DNA of 64,000 nucleotides from an uncultured Geobacteraceae bacterium (lineage in GTDB: Bacteria; Desulfobacterota; Desulfuromonadia; Geobacterales; Pseudopelobacteraceae), in NCBI GenBank assembly GCA_964509295.1, contig CAZDWS010000003.1, positions 143,300 to 207,299 on the forward strand, written 5' to 3'. A program made the position numbers and the translations under genes. Within the stretch, counting starts at the first letter, position 1; each line of letters opens with the position of its first letter. This document shows, in pieces, positions 10,459-20,602 of this stretch. Below the pieces are notes generated by a model, which worked only from the letters and a program-made list of their open reading frames with translations, was not told the origin of the DNA and made no database searches.

Positions 10459-11730
10459 CTACTGCATTTTTTCCATCTCTTTAAGAAACGCAGACATACT
10501 TTCCACATCAGAAATTGATCTGAATTCCCTGTAGCCATCAATACCGTCACTATCTAGACCACGATAGTAAAGCGGTCTGGCTGTCTTTAGTCCGGCAAGG
10601 GCTTTTTCATTGGCGTAACCGGATTCATCAAGTTTTTCAGCCCTGAATTTCAAACCAAGTATAATGCTGAATCCAAGTTGAAAAAGCCTTTTCAGATACT
10701 CTCCAGCAAGGATTTCAGCACCTTTTGCTTCATCACCATGACACAGTTGCTCCAGGGCAATATTAAGGTATCCGTAAACCCTCTCCACTACTGCTCGCAT
10801 GTATTCGGTATTAGCCAAATGGGCCTGATCCGCCACAAGTGCGGTATTTACGAGATAGTTCAGCTCCATGCGAAAACTTTCGGAGTCCACCAAAGGGAGA
10901 ACCCTCTCCAGGAAAGTTTTGCCGGTTAAAAAGGTTACGGGAAGAGTGGTTGAGCCATTGGTCTGCAAAAGCGACTTATTGCTGGCCGGTGTAAATGTGG
11001 CCGGATTTATACGTGAATAAATTTCAAGTGCTTCATCACGAGGCGGAAACCCCAGGTCCGCCAGACGCCCGGACTTCATGCGATAACTCTCTTCTTCCAT
11101 TTCCGTATCGATATCACCGCTGACGCTTTCCATCAACGCAGTATATAGTTGATTATCAAAACGGCAGATCAGCTCCAGAAATGCGCCGATCACCTGGGAG
11201 TGTTTGGGGTTTCTGAATTTAATCAGGAAAACATCATCAAAAGTATGGTCCCAGTCAGTCAGTCGCTCTTCATCCGTATTCAGGTCACCTATACCTCCGG
11301 CAACTGCAATCTCTCTGCACAAAAGCAGAGAGAGAAGATTAAAATCCAGATGCGGGAGTAATTCCAGAAAATGCTCTTCACCACCTTTTATAAGGTATCC
11401 CAGATATTCAACCGCTTTATCCTCCATGAAGGACCAACCGCGCCAGAGTTCCATATCCAGAATAAAAAGAAACTGGACAGGGTTGGTCAGGGTCAGCAAT
11501 TCCATTGCGTCTTCCCCGCCTACTTCCTTGAACAGCCAATAGACCTCCTGAGGCTGCATGGCCCAGGTCAGCTTCTTATCATCATGGTCTTCCAGTATCA
11601 GCTCCAGCCTTTCGTTGGGGAGTAGTCCATTCAGATAGATACGTTTGGCTTCAAAAGGAAGAATACTGAATTCTTCAATACTTAGACGTGGCTCAATTGC
11701 TGTTGTACTTAATGCCTTTTCTGTTCCCAC
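10459..11730 (-). CDS. Hypothetical protein, 423 aa, acidic and soluble, function unknown
   Basis: Long ORF with good coding character. I recognise no motif. Confidence 0.55.
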   Translation of the reverse strand: MGTEKALSTTAIEPRLSIEEFSILPFEAKRIYLNGLLPNERLELILEDHDDKKLTWAMQPQEVYWLFKEVGGEDAMELLTLTNPVQFLFILDMELWRGWSFMEDKAVEYLGYLIKGGEEHFLELLPHLDFNLLSLLLCREIAVAGGIGDLNTDEERLTDWDHTFDDVFLIKFRNPKHSQVIGAFLELICRFDNQLYTALMESVSGDIDTEMEEESYRMKSGRLADLGFPPRDEALEIYSRINPATFTPASNKSLLQTNGSTTLPVTFLTGKTFLERVLPLVDSESFRMELNYLVNTALVADQAHLANTEYMRAVVERVYGYLNIALEQLCHGDEAKGAEILAGEYLKRLFQLGFSIILGLKFRAEKLDESGYANEKALAGLKTARPLYYRGLDSDGIDGYREFRSISDVESMSAFLKEMEKMQ

Positions 11731-11808
11731 TAAATATTCTCCTTAATAGTTGTTAAACTGATATAATAGCATCTTTTTCAGTAAAAACTAAGTCCCTTTA
11801 GTAAGTTA

Positions 11809-11846
11809 GAAGTAATTTTCTGCTTTTATGGCAGAAAATTACTTCG
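11809..11846. repeat. Perfect inverted repeat, 15-bp arms and 8-nt spacer, no T-tract
   Basis: GAAGTAATTTTCTGC-ttttatgg-GCAGAAAATTACTTC, located between the hrpB stop and the 423-aa gene. Confidence 0.6.
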
Positions 11847-11866
11847 TTAACGCACTTATCCTGTTT

Positions 11867-14395
11867 TTAAGGGTTAGGCTTGGCCCGCCGAGTCGGCAAT
11901 GCCGTCCAGGGATCGTCCGGCCAGGGGTGTTTCGGATAACGCCCCTTCATCTCCTTCTTGACCTGATGATAGGAACCGTCCCAGAAACCTTTAAGGTCCT
12001 GCGTCACCTGTAATGGTCGCCCGGCCGGGGAAAGCAGATGAAGCAGTACCGCTACCCTGCCGCCAGCAACCGTAGGAGTATCAACCAGACCAAATAATTC
12101 CTGTAGCTTGACCGCCAACACCGGCAGATCACCACCGCAGTAATCGAGCCTGATTCTTGATCCGCTCGGTACAACCAGATGGGTTGGGGCCAGTTGATCC
12201 AGTTCTTGTCGTTGTCGGTAATCCAGCTGATTGAACAATGCAGTTGAGATATTTATTACTGAAATCTGACGTGAAGTTGTTATATTTCCAACATATGGAG
12301 CCAGCCAATCATCCAGAGTTTCTGTCAGGGCATTATCGGAATAGTCCGGCCATCCAGCTTCCGGATAGGCCACGCGCAGCAGCTTGACTCTAGCCTGCAG
12401 CTGTAAAAAGGCTTCATCGCGTGAAAGCAGGTTCAGTGAAGAATCAGCAATAGCATGCAAGACTACTGGCAAAAGTTGATCCGGTGCCGGCACAAATATC
12501 CTGGCAGACAACTGCAGTGCACCGATCCGTTCTTCCCTCTGCCCTACGACTCTCCCTTCACGCTGATCCCAGTTAACAATATCCTGCTTTACAATCTGAC
12601 GGGCAAGCTCTTCCCTGATAACGTCCTCCTTTATCTCAGCCGATAGATGAATAACGCCTTCATCCTGACCACCTCCATCTACGATTATAGCTATCAATAA
12701 CGGGCTGGTGCTGATTGCTCCTTGTGCAGCAAGCCTGGCACCACGGCCATTGGCAAGCAGATAGCGATCAGTTGATCCGTCGCGCCGTCCGCCTATCCGG
12801 TCCGGATAGGAACTTGCCAGCAGGCGTGCCACAACCATTGGGTCTGGCACATAAGGTTTGGGTTTACCGGTAAACTTTTGCATCCGGCTCAACAGAGTGG
12901 ATATGCGGTCAACGGCTTTCAATGCACCAATATCGGCAGCAGTGTCGCAATGCCCTTTAGATCTCCAATCCAGTAACAATTCCAGCCTGAAAACCACATC
13001 CACAGATCGGGTACTATTCGCTTGATGCGGTCTACTACGCCGCACAATATCTCGTTCGGAAAGAAGTGCTGCCAGGTCACAGCCAAGCTGAGGCAAGCTA
13101 AGTTCCTGTGAACGGATCAGCAGGCGTGAGAGTCGAGGATGCAGGGGAAGCCCGGCCATGGATCTGCCAAGCGGCGTCAGGCTGCCGCTACTATCCAGAG
13201 CTGCAAGCTCAATAAGTAATCTGCGGGCGACAGATAAAGCTGCTGCAGGAGGAGGATCAAGCCAGGTCAACAGATATGGATCGCTGATACCCCAGGAGGT
13301 CAACTCAAGTAAAAGCGGCGACAGATCAATATCCAGAATTTCTGCTGGTGTATGCGCTGTCATAGCACTAAGGGTGTGCTGGCTGAACAGGCGATAGCAG
13401 ACTCCGGGTGCTATACGGCCTGCACGCCCTTTGCGCTGCTCAGCTGACGCCCTGGACTCTCGCACTGTGATCAGTCTGTTCATGCCGCTGACCTGATCAT
13501 GCCTCATTCTGCGTGACAGGCCGCCATCAATCACGACCGTAACTCCCTCGATGGTCAAGCTGGTTTCGGCTATACTGGTGGCCAGTACGATCTTACGTTT
13601 TTGCCCCGGTTGAATAGCCCGCTGTTGCTGGTCAAAAGGAAGATCACCATACAACTGATGGACCTCAATACCTTTTTCACCCAATCCAGCATCTTCAAGA
13701 ATAACGCTGCAAGACTTGATCTCACCTGCTCCAGGCAGAAAGCAGAGAATATCGCCATGATTATCTCTCAAAGCCAGCTGTATGGCAGCAGCCATACGTT
13801 GTGGCAAACGACTGTGTACCTGATCCTCCAGATATATTTCCTTAACCGGGTATGAACGTCCCGGAGAGCTTACGACAGGTGCATCCTCCATTAATAGAGC
13901 CAAAGGTTTTACATCAAGTGTGGCCGACATGACCAATATTTTCAGGTCATTCCGCACCTGACGCTGCACATCCAGGCAAAGCGCCAGCCCCAGATCGGCC
14001 TGGATGCTCCGTTCGTGGAATTCGTCGAAGATGACCATGGCTACACCTTCCAGCAACGGATCATGCTGGATGCGCCGGGTCAGAATACCTTCCGTAACAA
14101 CTTCAATTCTGGTTCTGGATGAAGTTTTACTGTCAAAGCGAATACTGTAGCCAACTGTTTCACCGACCTCCTCACCAAGACAGCCTGACATCCAGCGGGC
14201 AGCGGAAACGGCTGCCAGTCGGCGAGGCTCCAGCATGATTATCCGGCCAGCTTCAGGTAGAATTTTATCCAGCAGTGCCAAAGGTACACGTGTTGTCTTG
14301 CCTGCGCCTGGCGGGGCATGCAATAGCGTATTGGAATATTTCTGAACAGTATTGATAAGCTCAGGGAGGATTTCATCTATTGGAAGTGGATTCAT
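11867..14395 (-). CDS. hrpB: ATP-dependent RNA helicase HrpB (DEAH-box)
   Basis: 842 aa. Walker A 'APPGAGKTT', 'DEFHERS' box, and the HA2/OB and C-terminal HrpB domains. Confidence 0.9.
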   Translation of the reverse strand: MNPLPIDEILPELINTVQKYSNTLLHAPPGAGKTTRVPLALLDKILPEAGRIIMLEPRRLAAVSAARWMSGCLGEEVGETVGYSIRFDSKTSSRTRIEVVTEGILTRRIQHDPLLEGVAMVIFDEFHERSIQADLGLALCLDVQRQVRNDLKILVMSATLDVKPLALLMEDAPVVSSPGRSYPVKEIYLEDQVHSRLPQRMAAAIQLALRDNHGDILCFLPGAGEIKSCSVILEDAGLGEKGIEVHQLYGDLPFDQQQRAIQPGQKRKIVLATSIAETSLTIEGVTVVIDGGLSRRMRHDQVSGMNRLITVRESRASAEQRKGRAGRIAPGVCYRLFSQHTLSAMTAHTPAEILDIDLSPLLLELTSWGISDPYLLTWLDPPPAAALSVARRLLIELAALDSSGSLTPLGRSMAGLPLHPRLSRLLIRSQELSLPQLGCDLAALLSERDIVRRSRPHQANSTRSVDVVFRLELLLDWRSKGHCDTAADIGALKAVDRISTLLSRMQKFTGKPKPYVPDPMVVARLLASSYPDRIGGRRDGSTDRYLLANGRGARLAAQGAISTSPLLIAIIVDGGGQDEGVIHLSAEIKEDVIREELARQIVKQDIVNWDQREGRVVGQREERIGALQLSARIFVPAPDQLLPVVLHAIADSSLNLLSRDEAFLQLQARVKLLRVAYPEAGWPDYSDNALTETLDDWLAPYVGNITTSRQISVINISTALFNQLDYRQRQELDQLAPTHLVVPSGSRIRLDYCGGDLPVLAVKLQELFGLVDTPTVAGGRVAVLLHLLSPAGRPLQVTQDLKGFWDGSYHQVKKEMKGRYPKHPWPDDPWTALPTRRAKPNP

Positions 14396-14401
14396 GGGTA
14401 T

Positions 14402-14432
14402 ATCCTCCCCTCCCTTGACGGGAGGGGATTAA
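14402..14432. other. GC-rich hairpin (TCCCCTCCC-ttgac-GGGAGGGGA) between the peptidase gene and hrpB
   Basis: 9-bp perfect stem with no clear U-tract. Possibly an attenuator or weak terminator. Confidence 0.3.
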
Positions 14433-14465
14433 AGGGGTAGGTGAAGTTACGTCGAAGTCTTATAA

Positions 14466-15542
14466 TTACGCAGGAATAAATTCTTCCTTGGAACTGATCC
14501 GCTCCAGAGCAGCCACAATAAGTTTGGCCGCATTTCCCAGATCACCCAGCGAAACGGTCTCGATGGGGGTATGCATGTAACGCAGGGGAATTTTGACCAG
14601 TGCGGTTGCAACTCCGCCACGCGAGATCTGCATCACATTTGCATCGGTGCCTGTAGCACGCGGATTGGCGGTAAACTGAATATCAATTTTTTCATCTTTA
14701 GCCGTTGAACTGAGCAGCTCAAACAGATGGGGATTGATATTGGCACCACGGGTCAGGATCGGGCCCTTGCCTAATCCGACTTCGCCGTTATGCTTCTTGT
14801 CAACGTCAGGCTGGTCAGTGGCAAAATCCACTTCAACGCAGATGCCCACATCAGGATTAACGGTGTAACTGCTGGTGGTTCCGCCGCGCAGTCCGATCTC
14901 CTCCTGAACAGAAGATACACCATACAGGTCAATATTCAGTTTTTTACCATTGGCCTTTACCAGGCGCAACACCTCGGCAACAACGAAACAGCCGGCCTTA
15001 TCATCAAAGCCGCGCGATGAAACCCGATCACCATGAAGACGTGTAAATGTACTGTCAAAAGTGACCGCATCCCCTACCCTTACCAGCTTTTGTGCTTCTT
15101 TTTTATCCTTGGCTCCAATATCAATATATTGGGACTCCAGTTTAACAACAGTTTCACGATCCTTGGCGTCCATCAGGTGAATCGGTTTTTTACCGATCAC
15201 TCCGACCAACGGGCCATTAGTGGTATGGATATAAACCCGTTTACCTGGTGTCAGATGGGCATCCACACCGCCAACAGCGGCAAAATACAGAAAACCTTTA
15301 TCATCGACATATTTGATCTGCAGGCCTATTTCATCCGTATGCCCAACTACCATTACTCGTGGAAGATCCTTGCCCTTGCCATTTACACGGGCAAATACGT
15401 TGCCCATAACATCGGTTGTCAGTTCGTCACAATAAGGAGTTACATACTCACGAAATACACGCTGCGCAGGTTGTTCATAACCGGATGGACTCGGTGCATC
15501 CAGCAGTTTTTCCAGAAATTTCAGTGATTCTTTTCTCATCAA
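14466..15542 (-). CDS. M42-family metallo-aminopeptidase (FrvX/YpdE/CelM-like)
   Basis: 358 aa. 'VVGHTDEIG' metal-binding motif and the overall M42 architecture. Confidence 0.85.
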   Translation of the reverse strand: MMRKESLKFLEKLLDAPSPSGYEQPAQRVFREYVTPYCDELTTDVMGNVFARVNGKGKDLPRVMVVGHTDEIGLQIKYVDDKGFLYFAAVGGVDAHLTPGKRVYIHTTNGPLVGVIGKKPIHLMDAKDRETVVKLESQYIDIGAKDKKEAQKLVRVGDAVTFDSTFTRLHGDRVSSRGFDDKAGCFVVAEVLRLVKANGKKLNIDLYGVSSVQEEIGLRGGTTSSYTVNPDVGICVEVDFATDQPDVDKKHNGEVGLGKGPILTRGANINPHLFELLSSTAKDEKIDIQFTANPRATGTDANVMQISRGGVATALVKIPLRYMHTPIETVSLGDLGNAAKLIVAALERISSKEEFIPA

Positions 15543-15967
15543 TTATTTACCTTTCAATATCTATTTGTTTTTTGCAGTATAAACACCATCCCAGTCTGCA
15601 GTTGGTGGGTTAATAATATATTCTGTGCAACGCTCCAGATACAGCTTTGAAGGACCGTCTGCTCTTGATTGATCTAGCTATGAACAGACCTCCAGTTTTT
15701 ATCTGTTCGATAGCGTTTGTGATTTTAACAACAATTAACCCAGTGTCAAACGGAATCTCTTGTCAATAGTGGCTTTAAGCGTATTTTCTTAAATTTGAAA
15801 ATAACCAAAAAACTTAAATATACTTCGTATTTATGCTTGTTAATTGTTAAAATTCTGATAAAATTTTCACATTTTCATATCAATTTCAGAGGATTATGTC
15901 ATCTTCTTTCAAGCAGGATGGCATACTGAAGTTTTCCATGGACTGACTGATTTAAAAGAGGTTCGAC

Positions 15968-16627
15968 GTGTCTGTTTTCAATAAAATGCTTAAATCTTTA
16001 TTTATCAGCCTGCTCTTTCTTTACTTTACCAGTACTACTGCTGATGCTGAAGAAATCAAGCGCATGAATTTTAATGCGGATAATATTATTAAATGGGAAA
16101 AAAAGAGTTTTAAAGGTGATACGTTTTATAAAATCGTTACTGAAAATGACAAAAAGGTAATCCAGGCCAATAGCAATGGAACCGCATCCGGTCTGTTTCA
16201 CAAGGTAAATCTTGATCCTGCCAACTTTCGTTATCTACGTTGGTCATGGAAAATCAAGAATACTATTCCAAAAGGGTATGAAAATCGAAAAGATGGCGAT
16301 GATTATGCCGCCAGAGTATATGTTGTTTTTCCAGGCCGCTTTTTCTGGCAGACAAAGGCAATTAACTATATCTGGTCAAACCACCTCCCCAAGGGGCAAT
16401 TTATCCCTAACGCCTTTACAGGCAACGCTATGATGATGGCTGTCGAATCGGGCACAGGTTCGGCAGGAAAATGGCTGACAGAAGAACGTGATGTGCTGGC
16501 AGACTACAGAAGATTATTCGGTGGTGCCCCCCAGCAAATCGGTGCTATTGCAATAATGACGGATACGGACAATACCGGAGGTGAAGCTACAGCCTGGTAC
16601 GGGGAGTTATCGATTGCCACTCAATGA
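15968..16627 (+). CDS. DUF3047-family secreted protein
   Basis: Signal peptide, then 'NFRYLRWSWKI...DDYAARVYVVF' typical of DUF3047. GTG start with an AAAGAGG RBS; the alternative ATG is at 15986. Confidence 0.65.
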   Translation: MSVFNKMLKSLFISLLFLYFTSTTADAEEIKRMNFNADNIIKWEKKSFKGDTFYKIVTENDKKVIQANSNGTASGLFHKVNLDPANFRYLRWSWKIKNTIPKGYENRKDGDDYAARVYVVFPGRFFWQTKAINYIWSNHLPKGQFIPNAFTGNAMMMAVESGTGSAGKWLTEERDVLADYRRLFGGAPQQIGAIAIMTDTDNTGGEATAWYGELSIATQ

Positions 16628-16724
16628 TATGTCTGAAAGCAATGCCCGCCTTGACTATACCACACCGCAAAGAGTAATCTGTTGCGGTCAACGATCAATA
16701 ATTCAATTATCGGAGAAATAAATA

Positions 16725-18494
16725 ATGCAACAGACTGACCTGACATGGAACACAGCACTCCTTTACCCTGCCCCTGATTCTATCGAACTTGAAGCTGATC
16801 TGAGTTCATTTGAACAGCTGGCTGCCATTTTTCGTGAAAAATATTTTGAAAAAATTTCGGAACTCGATAGCTCTGCAATTCTTACAGCTATTAAAGAATA
16901 TGAGTCAATGCAGCTTAGAATGTCCAAACCATTCTGCTATGCCCACCTGCTTTTTGCCGGAGACTCTTCTGACCAAGCCAATCTGGCGCTTTCCATGCGC
17001 TGTTCCGAACTGGGCAGCCGCTTGTCACAGCAACTGCTCTTTTTCGATCTGGAACTGATGCACCTGGAAGAAGACCGCTTCGAATCTCTCTGCAAACTTC
17101 CTGAGGCGGCCAACTACGAACATTTTTTACGCGGAATCCGTAAGTTTCGTCAATTCAGCCTGAAAGAAAACGAAGAGCGGCTGCTGACTCGCAAGGATCT
17201 AACCGGAATTCGGGCCTTTACCAAGTTATTTGATGAGCTGTCTGCATCTTTCAAATACAAAATGGAACTGAATGGAGAGTTGAAGGAATTCACAGGAGAA
17301 GAACTGCTGTCGCTGCTGCACCATAATGATCCAGATGTGCGCTTCCGTGCCCAAACCACTTTCCTGGAACTTCATGCAGAGCATGGTATTGTCTTCAACT
17401 CAGTGTTCAACAACATGGCATTGGACCATGGTCAGGAAATGGAACTGCGCGGCTACGAAACACCTATTCAACCAACCAACATCGGCAATGAAATCCCTGA
17501 CGGGGCGGTTGAACACTTGATGCAGGTAACTGAAGCCAACTATTGTCTTGCTCAGGATTATTTCCGGCTAAAAGCCAAAATGCTGGGAATGGACAAAATC
17601 CGTAACTGCGATGTTTATGCACCGATTGTTGAAAGTGAAAAAAAGTACGATTTTGATGAAGCTAAAGAAATGGTAGTCGCCTCTTATGGCAACTATGATG
17701 CTGAATTCGGTAAAATTGTAAATGATTTCTTCACTGAGCGTCGGGTCGATGTTATGCCGAGACAGGGGAAATCAGGCGGCGCCTTTGCCATGGGGGTCAC
17801 ACCTGAAACTCCACCTTTCCTGTTGTTGAATTACACCGGGACCCTTCGTGATCTGGCCACAATAGCTCACGAAGCTGGGCACGGACTCCACTTTGTGCTT
17901 TCTCAAAAACAAACCATGCTCAACTATCATGCCCCTCTCCCGCTGGCTGAAACCGCATCGGTGTTTGGCGAGATGTTGCTGACAAGAGAACTGCTGGACA
18001 AAGAAAGCGACCCTGTTGTTCGCAGGTCATTGCTGTGTGCTAAAATTGAAGACATTATTGCAACCACATTCCGTCAAACGGTTCTGACACGCTTTGAACT
18101 CCGCCTGCACAATGAAAGAAAGGATGGCTTGCTTTCCAATGACAGAATTTCAGAAATCTGGCTGGAAGAGAATGGCAAACTGTTTGGTGATTCAGTAGAC
18201 ATGATACCCGCGTACCGCTGGGGTTGGAGTTACATCAGCCACTTTATCCATAGCCGTTTTTACTGTTATTCATATACATTTGCAGAACTGCTTGTACTGG
18301 CTCTTTTCCAGAAATATCGCGAAGAAGGAAATGACTTTAAACCTGGTTACCGGAAATTACTGGAATCGGGTGGAGCACTTTCCCCCGCTGAAACTGCCGC
18401 ATTGGCCGGAATTGACATTACGGCGGCTGATTTTTGGCAAAAAGGTTATGATTTCCTTCAAGAACTGATTAAAGAACTTAAAGCAACAATCTAA
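16725..18494 (+). CDS. pepF: Oligoendopeptidase F (M3B family)
   Basis: 589 aa with the HEAGH zinc-binding motif ('IAHEAGHGLHF') and the downstream E. Confidence 0.85.
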   Translation: MQQTDLTWNTALLYPAPDSIELEADLSSFEQLAAIFREKYFEKISELDSSAILTAIKEYESMQLRMSKPFCYAHLLFAGDSSDQANLALSMRCSELGSRLSQQLLFFDLELMHLEEDRFESLCKLPEAANYEHFLRGIRKFRQFSLKENEERLLTRKDLTGIRAFTKLFDELSASFKYKMELNGELKEFTGEELLSLLHHNDPDVRFRAQTTFLELHAEHGIVFNSVFNNMALDHGQEMELRGYETPIQPTNIGNEIPDGAVEHLMQVTEANYCLAQDYFRLKAKMLGMDKIRNCDVYAPIVESEKKYDFDEAKEMVVASYGNYDAEFGKIVNDFFTERRVDVMPRQGKSGGAFAMGVTPETPPFLLLNYTGTLRDLATIAHEAGHGLHFVLSQKQTMLNYHAPLPLAETASVFGEMLLTRELLDKESDPVVRRSLLCAKIEDIIATTFRQTVLTRFELRLHNERKDGLLSNDRISEIWLEENGKLFGDSVDMIPAYRWGWSYISHFIHSRFYCYSYTFAELLVLALFQKYREEGNDFKPGYRKLLESGGALSPAETAALAGIDITAADFWQKGYDFLQELIKELKATI

Positions 18495-18544
18495 TATGAT
18501 TTACTTAAAGTCCCAATTTATACTTCTATTTCAGGAGTGAACAT

Positions 18545-20578
18545 ATGAATTCCTGTCTTTCATCCAATCTTCTAAAAATCCTTCTGGTAGAAGATAGCGA
18601 ACACGACCTGTCTGCATTTGTACGTGCTTTCAGTAAAAATAGTTACAAAGTTGAAATTTCTCATAGCACAAGTGCGGAAAATGCTCTTGAGCTGTTAGAT
18701 TGTGAATTTATTAAATTCGATGCCCTGATCACCAATTACAAGCTTCCGGGCATCAATGGCCTGGAATTGTTTACAAAACTTCGCAGTGCAAACAATAATC
18801 TGCCCGTAATTATGCTTATAGCATTCGGGTCGGAAGATTTTGCGGTTGAAGCCCTCAAAGCCGGTGTTGATGACTATATTATTAAAGATCGTGATCAAAA
18901 ATATCTGAAGTTGCTGCCTTTTGTTGTAAACAGCGTTATCAGAAATATTAACGACCAAAAAAATATACTTGATGAGCTTCGTTTGATGCAATTCTCCGTT
19001 GATCAGGCTTCTGAAATGATCATGTGGGGTAATAGTGAGGGGCAGTTTACCTATGTAAACAAAAAAACCTGCGATACGCTTGGCTACACAAAAGAAGAAT
19101 TGCTGAATAAGGTAATCTGGGACATTGATGAAGAGTATTCTTACGATTATTATAAACAGTGCTGGATAAAGATGGGGCAGATAGAGCAGGACCGGTTCGA
19201 AAGTGTCTACTGGCGAAAGGATGGCAGCAGATTTCCGGTAGATATATCTGTTAGCCAGGGGGTTTTCGAGGGTAAAAAACTTAACTTTGCATTTGCCAGA
19301 GATATATCCGAACATAAACAGATGGAAGAGGACCTGCAAAAAGCCAACGAAGAACTGGAACTGCGGGTAACTGAACGCACAGAAGAGCTTGCCATGACTG
19401 TCAATATGCTGCAAGAAGCGGTCACCATGCTGCAAAAGGAAATCTCTGAGCGAATCAAATCAGAAGAGGCTCTTATGCAGAGCCAGGAAGCTCTAAACAA
19501 CTCTTCCAAAGAGATGTATGATCTTTATAACCATGCACCTTGCGGCTATCACTCTCTGGATGAAAACGGTTCTATTGTTCGCATCAATGACACTGAGTTA
19601 AATTGGCTCGGCTACAGCCGTGATGAAGTTGTTGGTGTTAAAAAGTTTATTGACCTGATTACACCTGAAGGAATCAATATTTTTCACGAAACCTTCCCAA
19701 AACTGAAAATTGAGGGATCAGTAAACGACATTGAACAGGTTTTGGTACGCAAGGACGGTACCTTACTGCCGGTTCTGCTTAATGCCACAGCAATTTATGA
19801 CAAAAATGGCAATTATCTGATGAGTCGTTCAACCGTTTTCGACATAACCGAGCTTAAGCAGACTGAAGAAAAACTACGCCAGAAAGATCGCATGATGATG
19901 CAACAGAGTCGTCAGGCAGCCATGGGCGAGATGATTGGGAATATTGCCCATCAATGGAGGCAACCACTCAATACACTGGGCCTGCTGATTCAGCAGCTAC
20001 CATGTTTCTATGACACACCGGATTTCACCAGGGAATTTATTAATTCAAACACTGAAGAAAGTATGAAACTGATTGAACACATGTCGCAAACAATCGACGA
20101 TTTTAGAAATTTTTTCAGGCCGGACAGGGAAAAATCAAGTTTCGATATTAAAAAACTGATTTTAAAAACAATCTCACTGATTGAGGCCAGCTACATCTCT
20201 CAAAACATTTCTATCACTAAAAAGCTGGAAGATGACCTGTTTGTATCAGGTTATCCCAACGAATTTTCACAGGTATTATTAACTATACTAAACAACGCCA
20301 GAGAAGCTTTTGCCGGAAGAAAGACCAAAAAAGCAGGAGTAACCATAAAGTCCTTCAGAGAGGGGAACAGGGTAGTTGTCACTGTAAGTGACAATGCTGG
20401 TGGAATTCTGGAGCAAAATATAGACAAGATTTTCGAGCCTTACTTCACAACTAAAGGCTCAGGTGGCGGTACCGGAATCGGTCTTTATATGTCTAAGACC
20501 ATAATACAGAACAATATGAACGGAACACTTACGGCCAGAAATACTGACAAAGGGGCTGAATTCAGAATTGAAATTTAG
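18545..20578 (+). CDS. Response-regulator / PAS-PAS sensor histidine kinase. Domain order: N-terminal REC, two PAS/PAC, HisKA, HATPase_c.
   Basis: REC 'KILLVEDSEHD...DALITNYKLPGINGLEL...K', H-box 'GNIAHQWRQPLN', and G-boxes 'GTGIGL'. Confidence 0.85.
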   Translation: MNSCLSSNLLKILLVEDSEHDLSAFVRAFSKNSYKVEISHSTSAENALELLDCEFIKFDALITNYKLPGINGLELFTKLRSANNNLPVIMLIAFGSEDFAVEALKAGVDDYIIKDRDQKYLKLLPFVVNSVIRNINDQKNILDELRLMQFSVDQASEMIMWGNSEGQFTYVNKKTCDTLGYTKEELLNKVIWDIDEEYSYDYYKQCWIKMGQIEQDRFESVYWRKDGSRFPVDISVSQGVFEGKKLNFAFARDISEHKQMEEDLQKANEELELRVTERTEELAMTVNMLQEAVTMLQKEISERIKSEEALMQSQEALNNSSKEMYDLYNHAPCGYHSLDENGSIVRINDTELNWLGYSRDEVVGVKKFIDLITPEGINIFHETFPKLKIEGSVNDIEQVLVRKDGTLLPVLLNATAIYDKNGNYLMSRSTVFDITELKQTEEKLRQKDRMMMQQSRQAAMGEMIGNIAHQWRQPLNTLGLLIQQLPCFYDTPDFTREFINSNTEESMKLIEHMSQTIDDFRNFFRPDREKSSFDIKKLILKTISLIEASYISQNISITKKLEDDLFVSGYPNEFSQVLLTILNNAREAFAGRKTKKAGVTIKSFREGNRVVVTVSDNAGGILEQNIDKIFEPYFTTKGSGGGTGIGLYMSKTIIQNNMNGTLTARNTDKGAEFRIEI

Positions 20579-20602
20579 TTTTTATTTTAGTCAAATTCCT
20601 GA

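Noticed and set aside
14402-14432. GC-rich hairpin considered as a tRNA fragment or integration att site
   Set aside because: It is too short, with no cloverleaf and no flanking integrase or direct repeat. It is more simply a weak terminator or attenuator between the peptidase gene and hrpB.
15033-15527. 164-aa plus-strand ORF opposite the M42 peptidase gene
   Set aside because: Antisense frame, low complexity, nested in a well-supported CDS.
15543-15967. 425-bp AT-rich intergenic region between divergent genes, examined for a tRNA, sRNA or small ORF
   Set aside because: There is no tRNA-like structure, conserved box or convincing hairpin/terminator. It is best explained as a divergent promoter region. 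An sRNA cannot be excluded without expression data.
18695-19435. 246-aa antisense ORF inside the REC-PAS histidine kinase gene
   Set aside because: AT-rich antisense frame of a well-supported sense gene. The protein is low-complexity (Phe/Ile/Lys-rich) with no start context.
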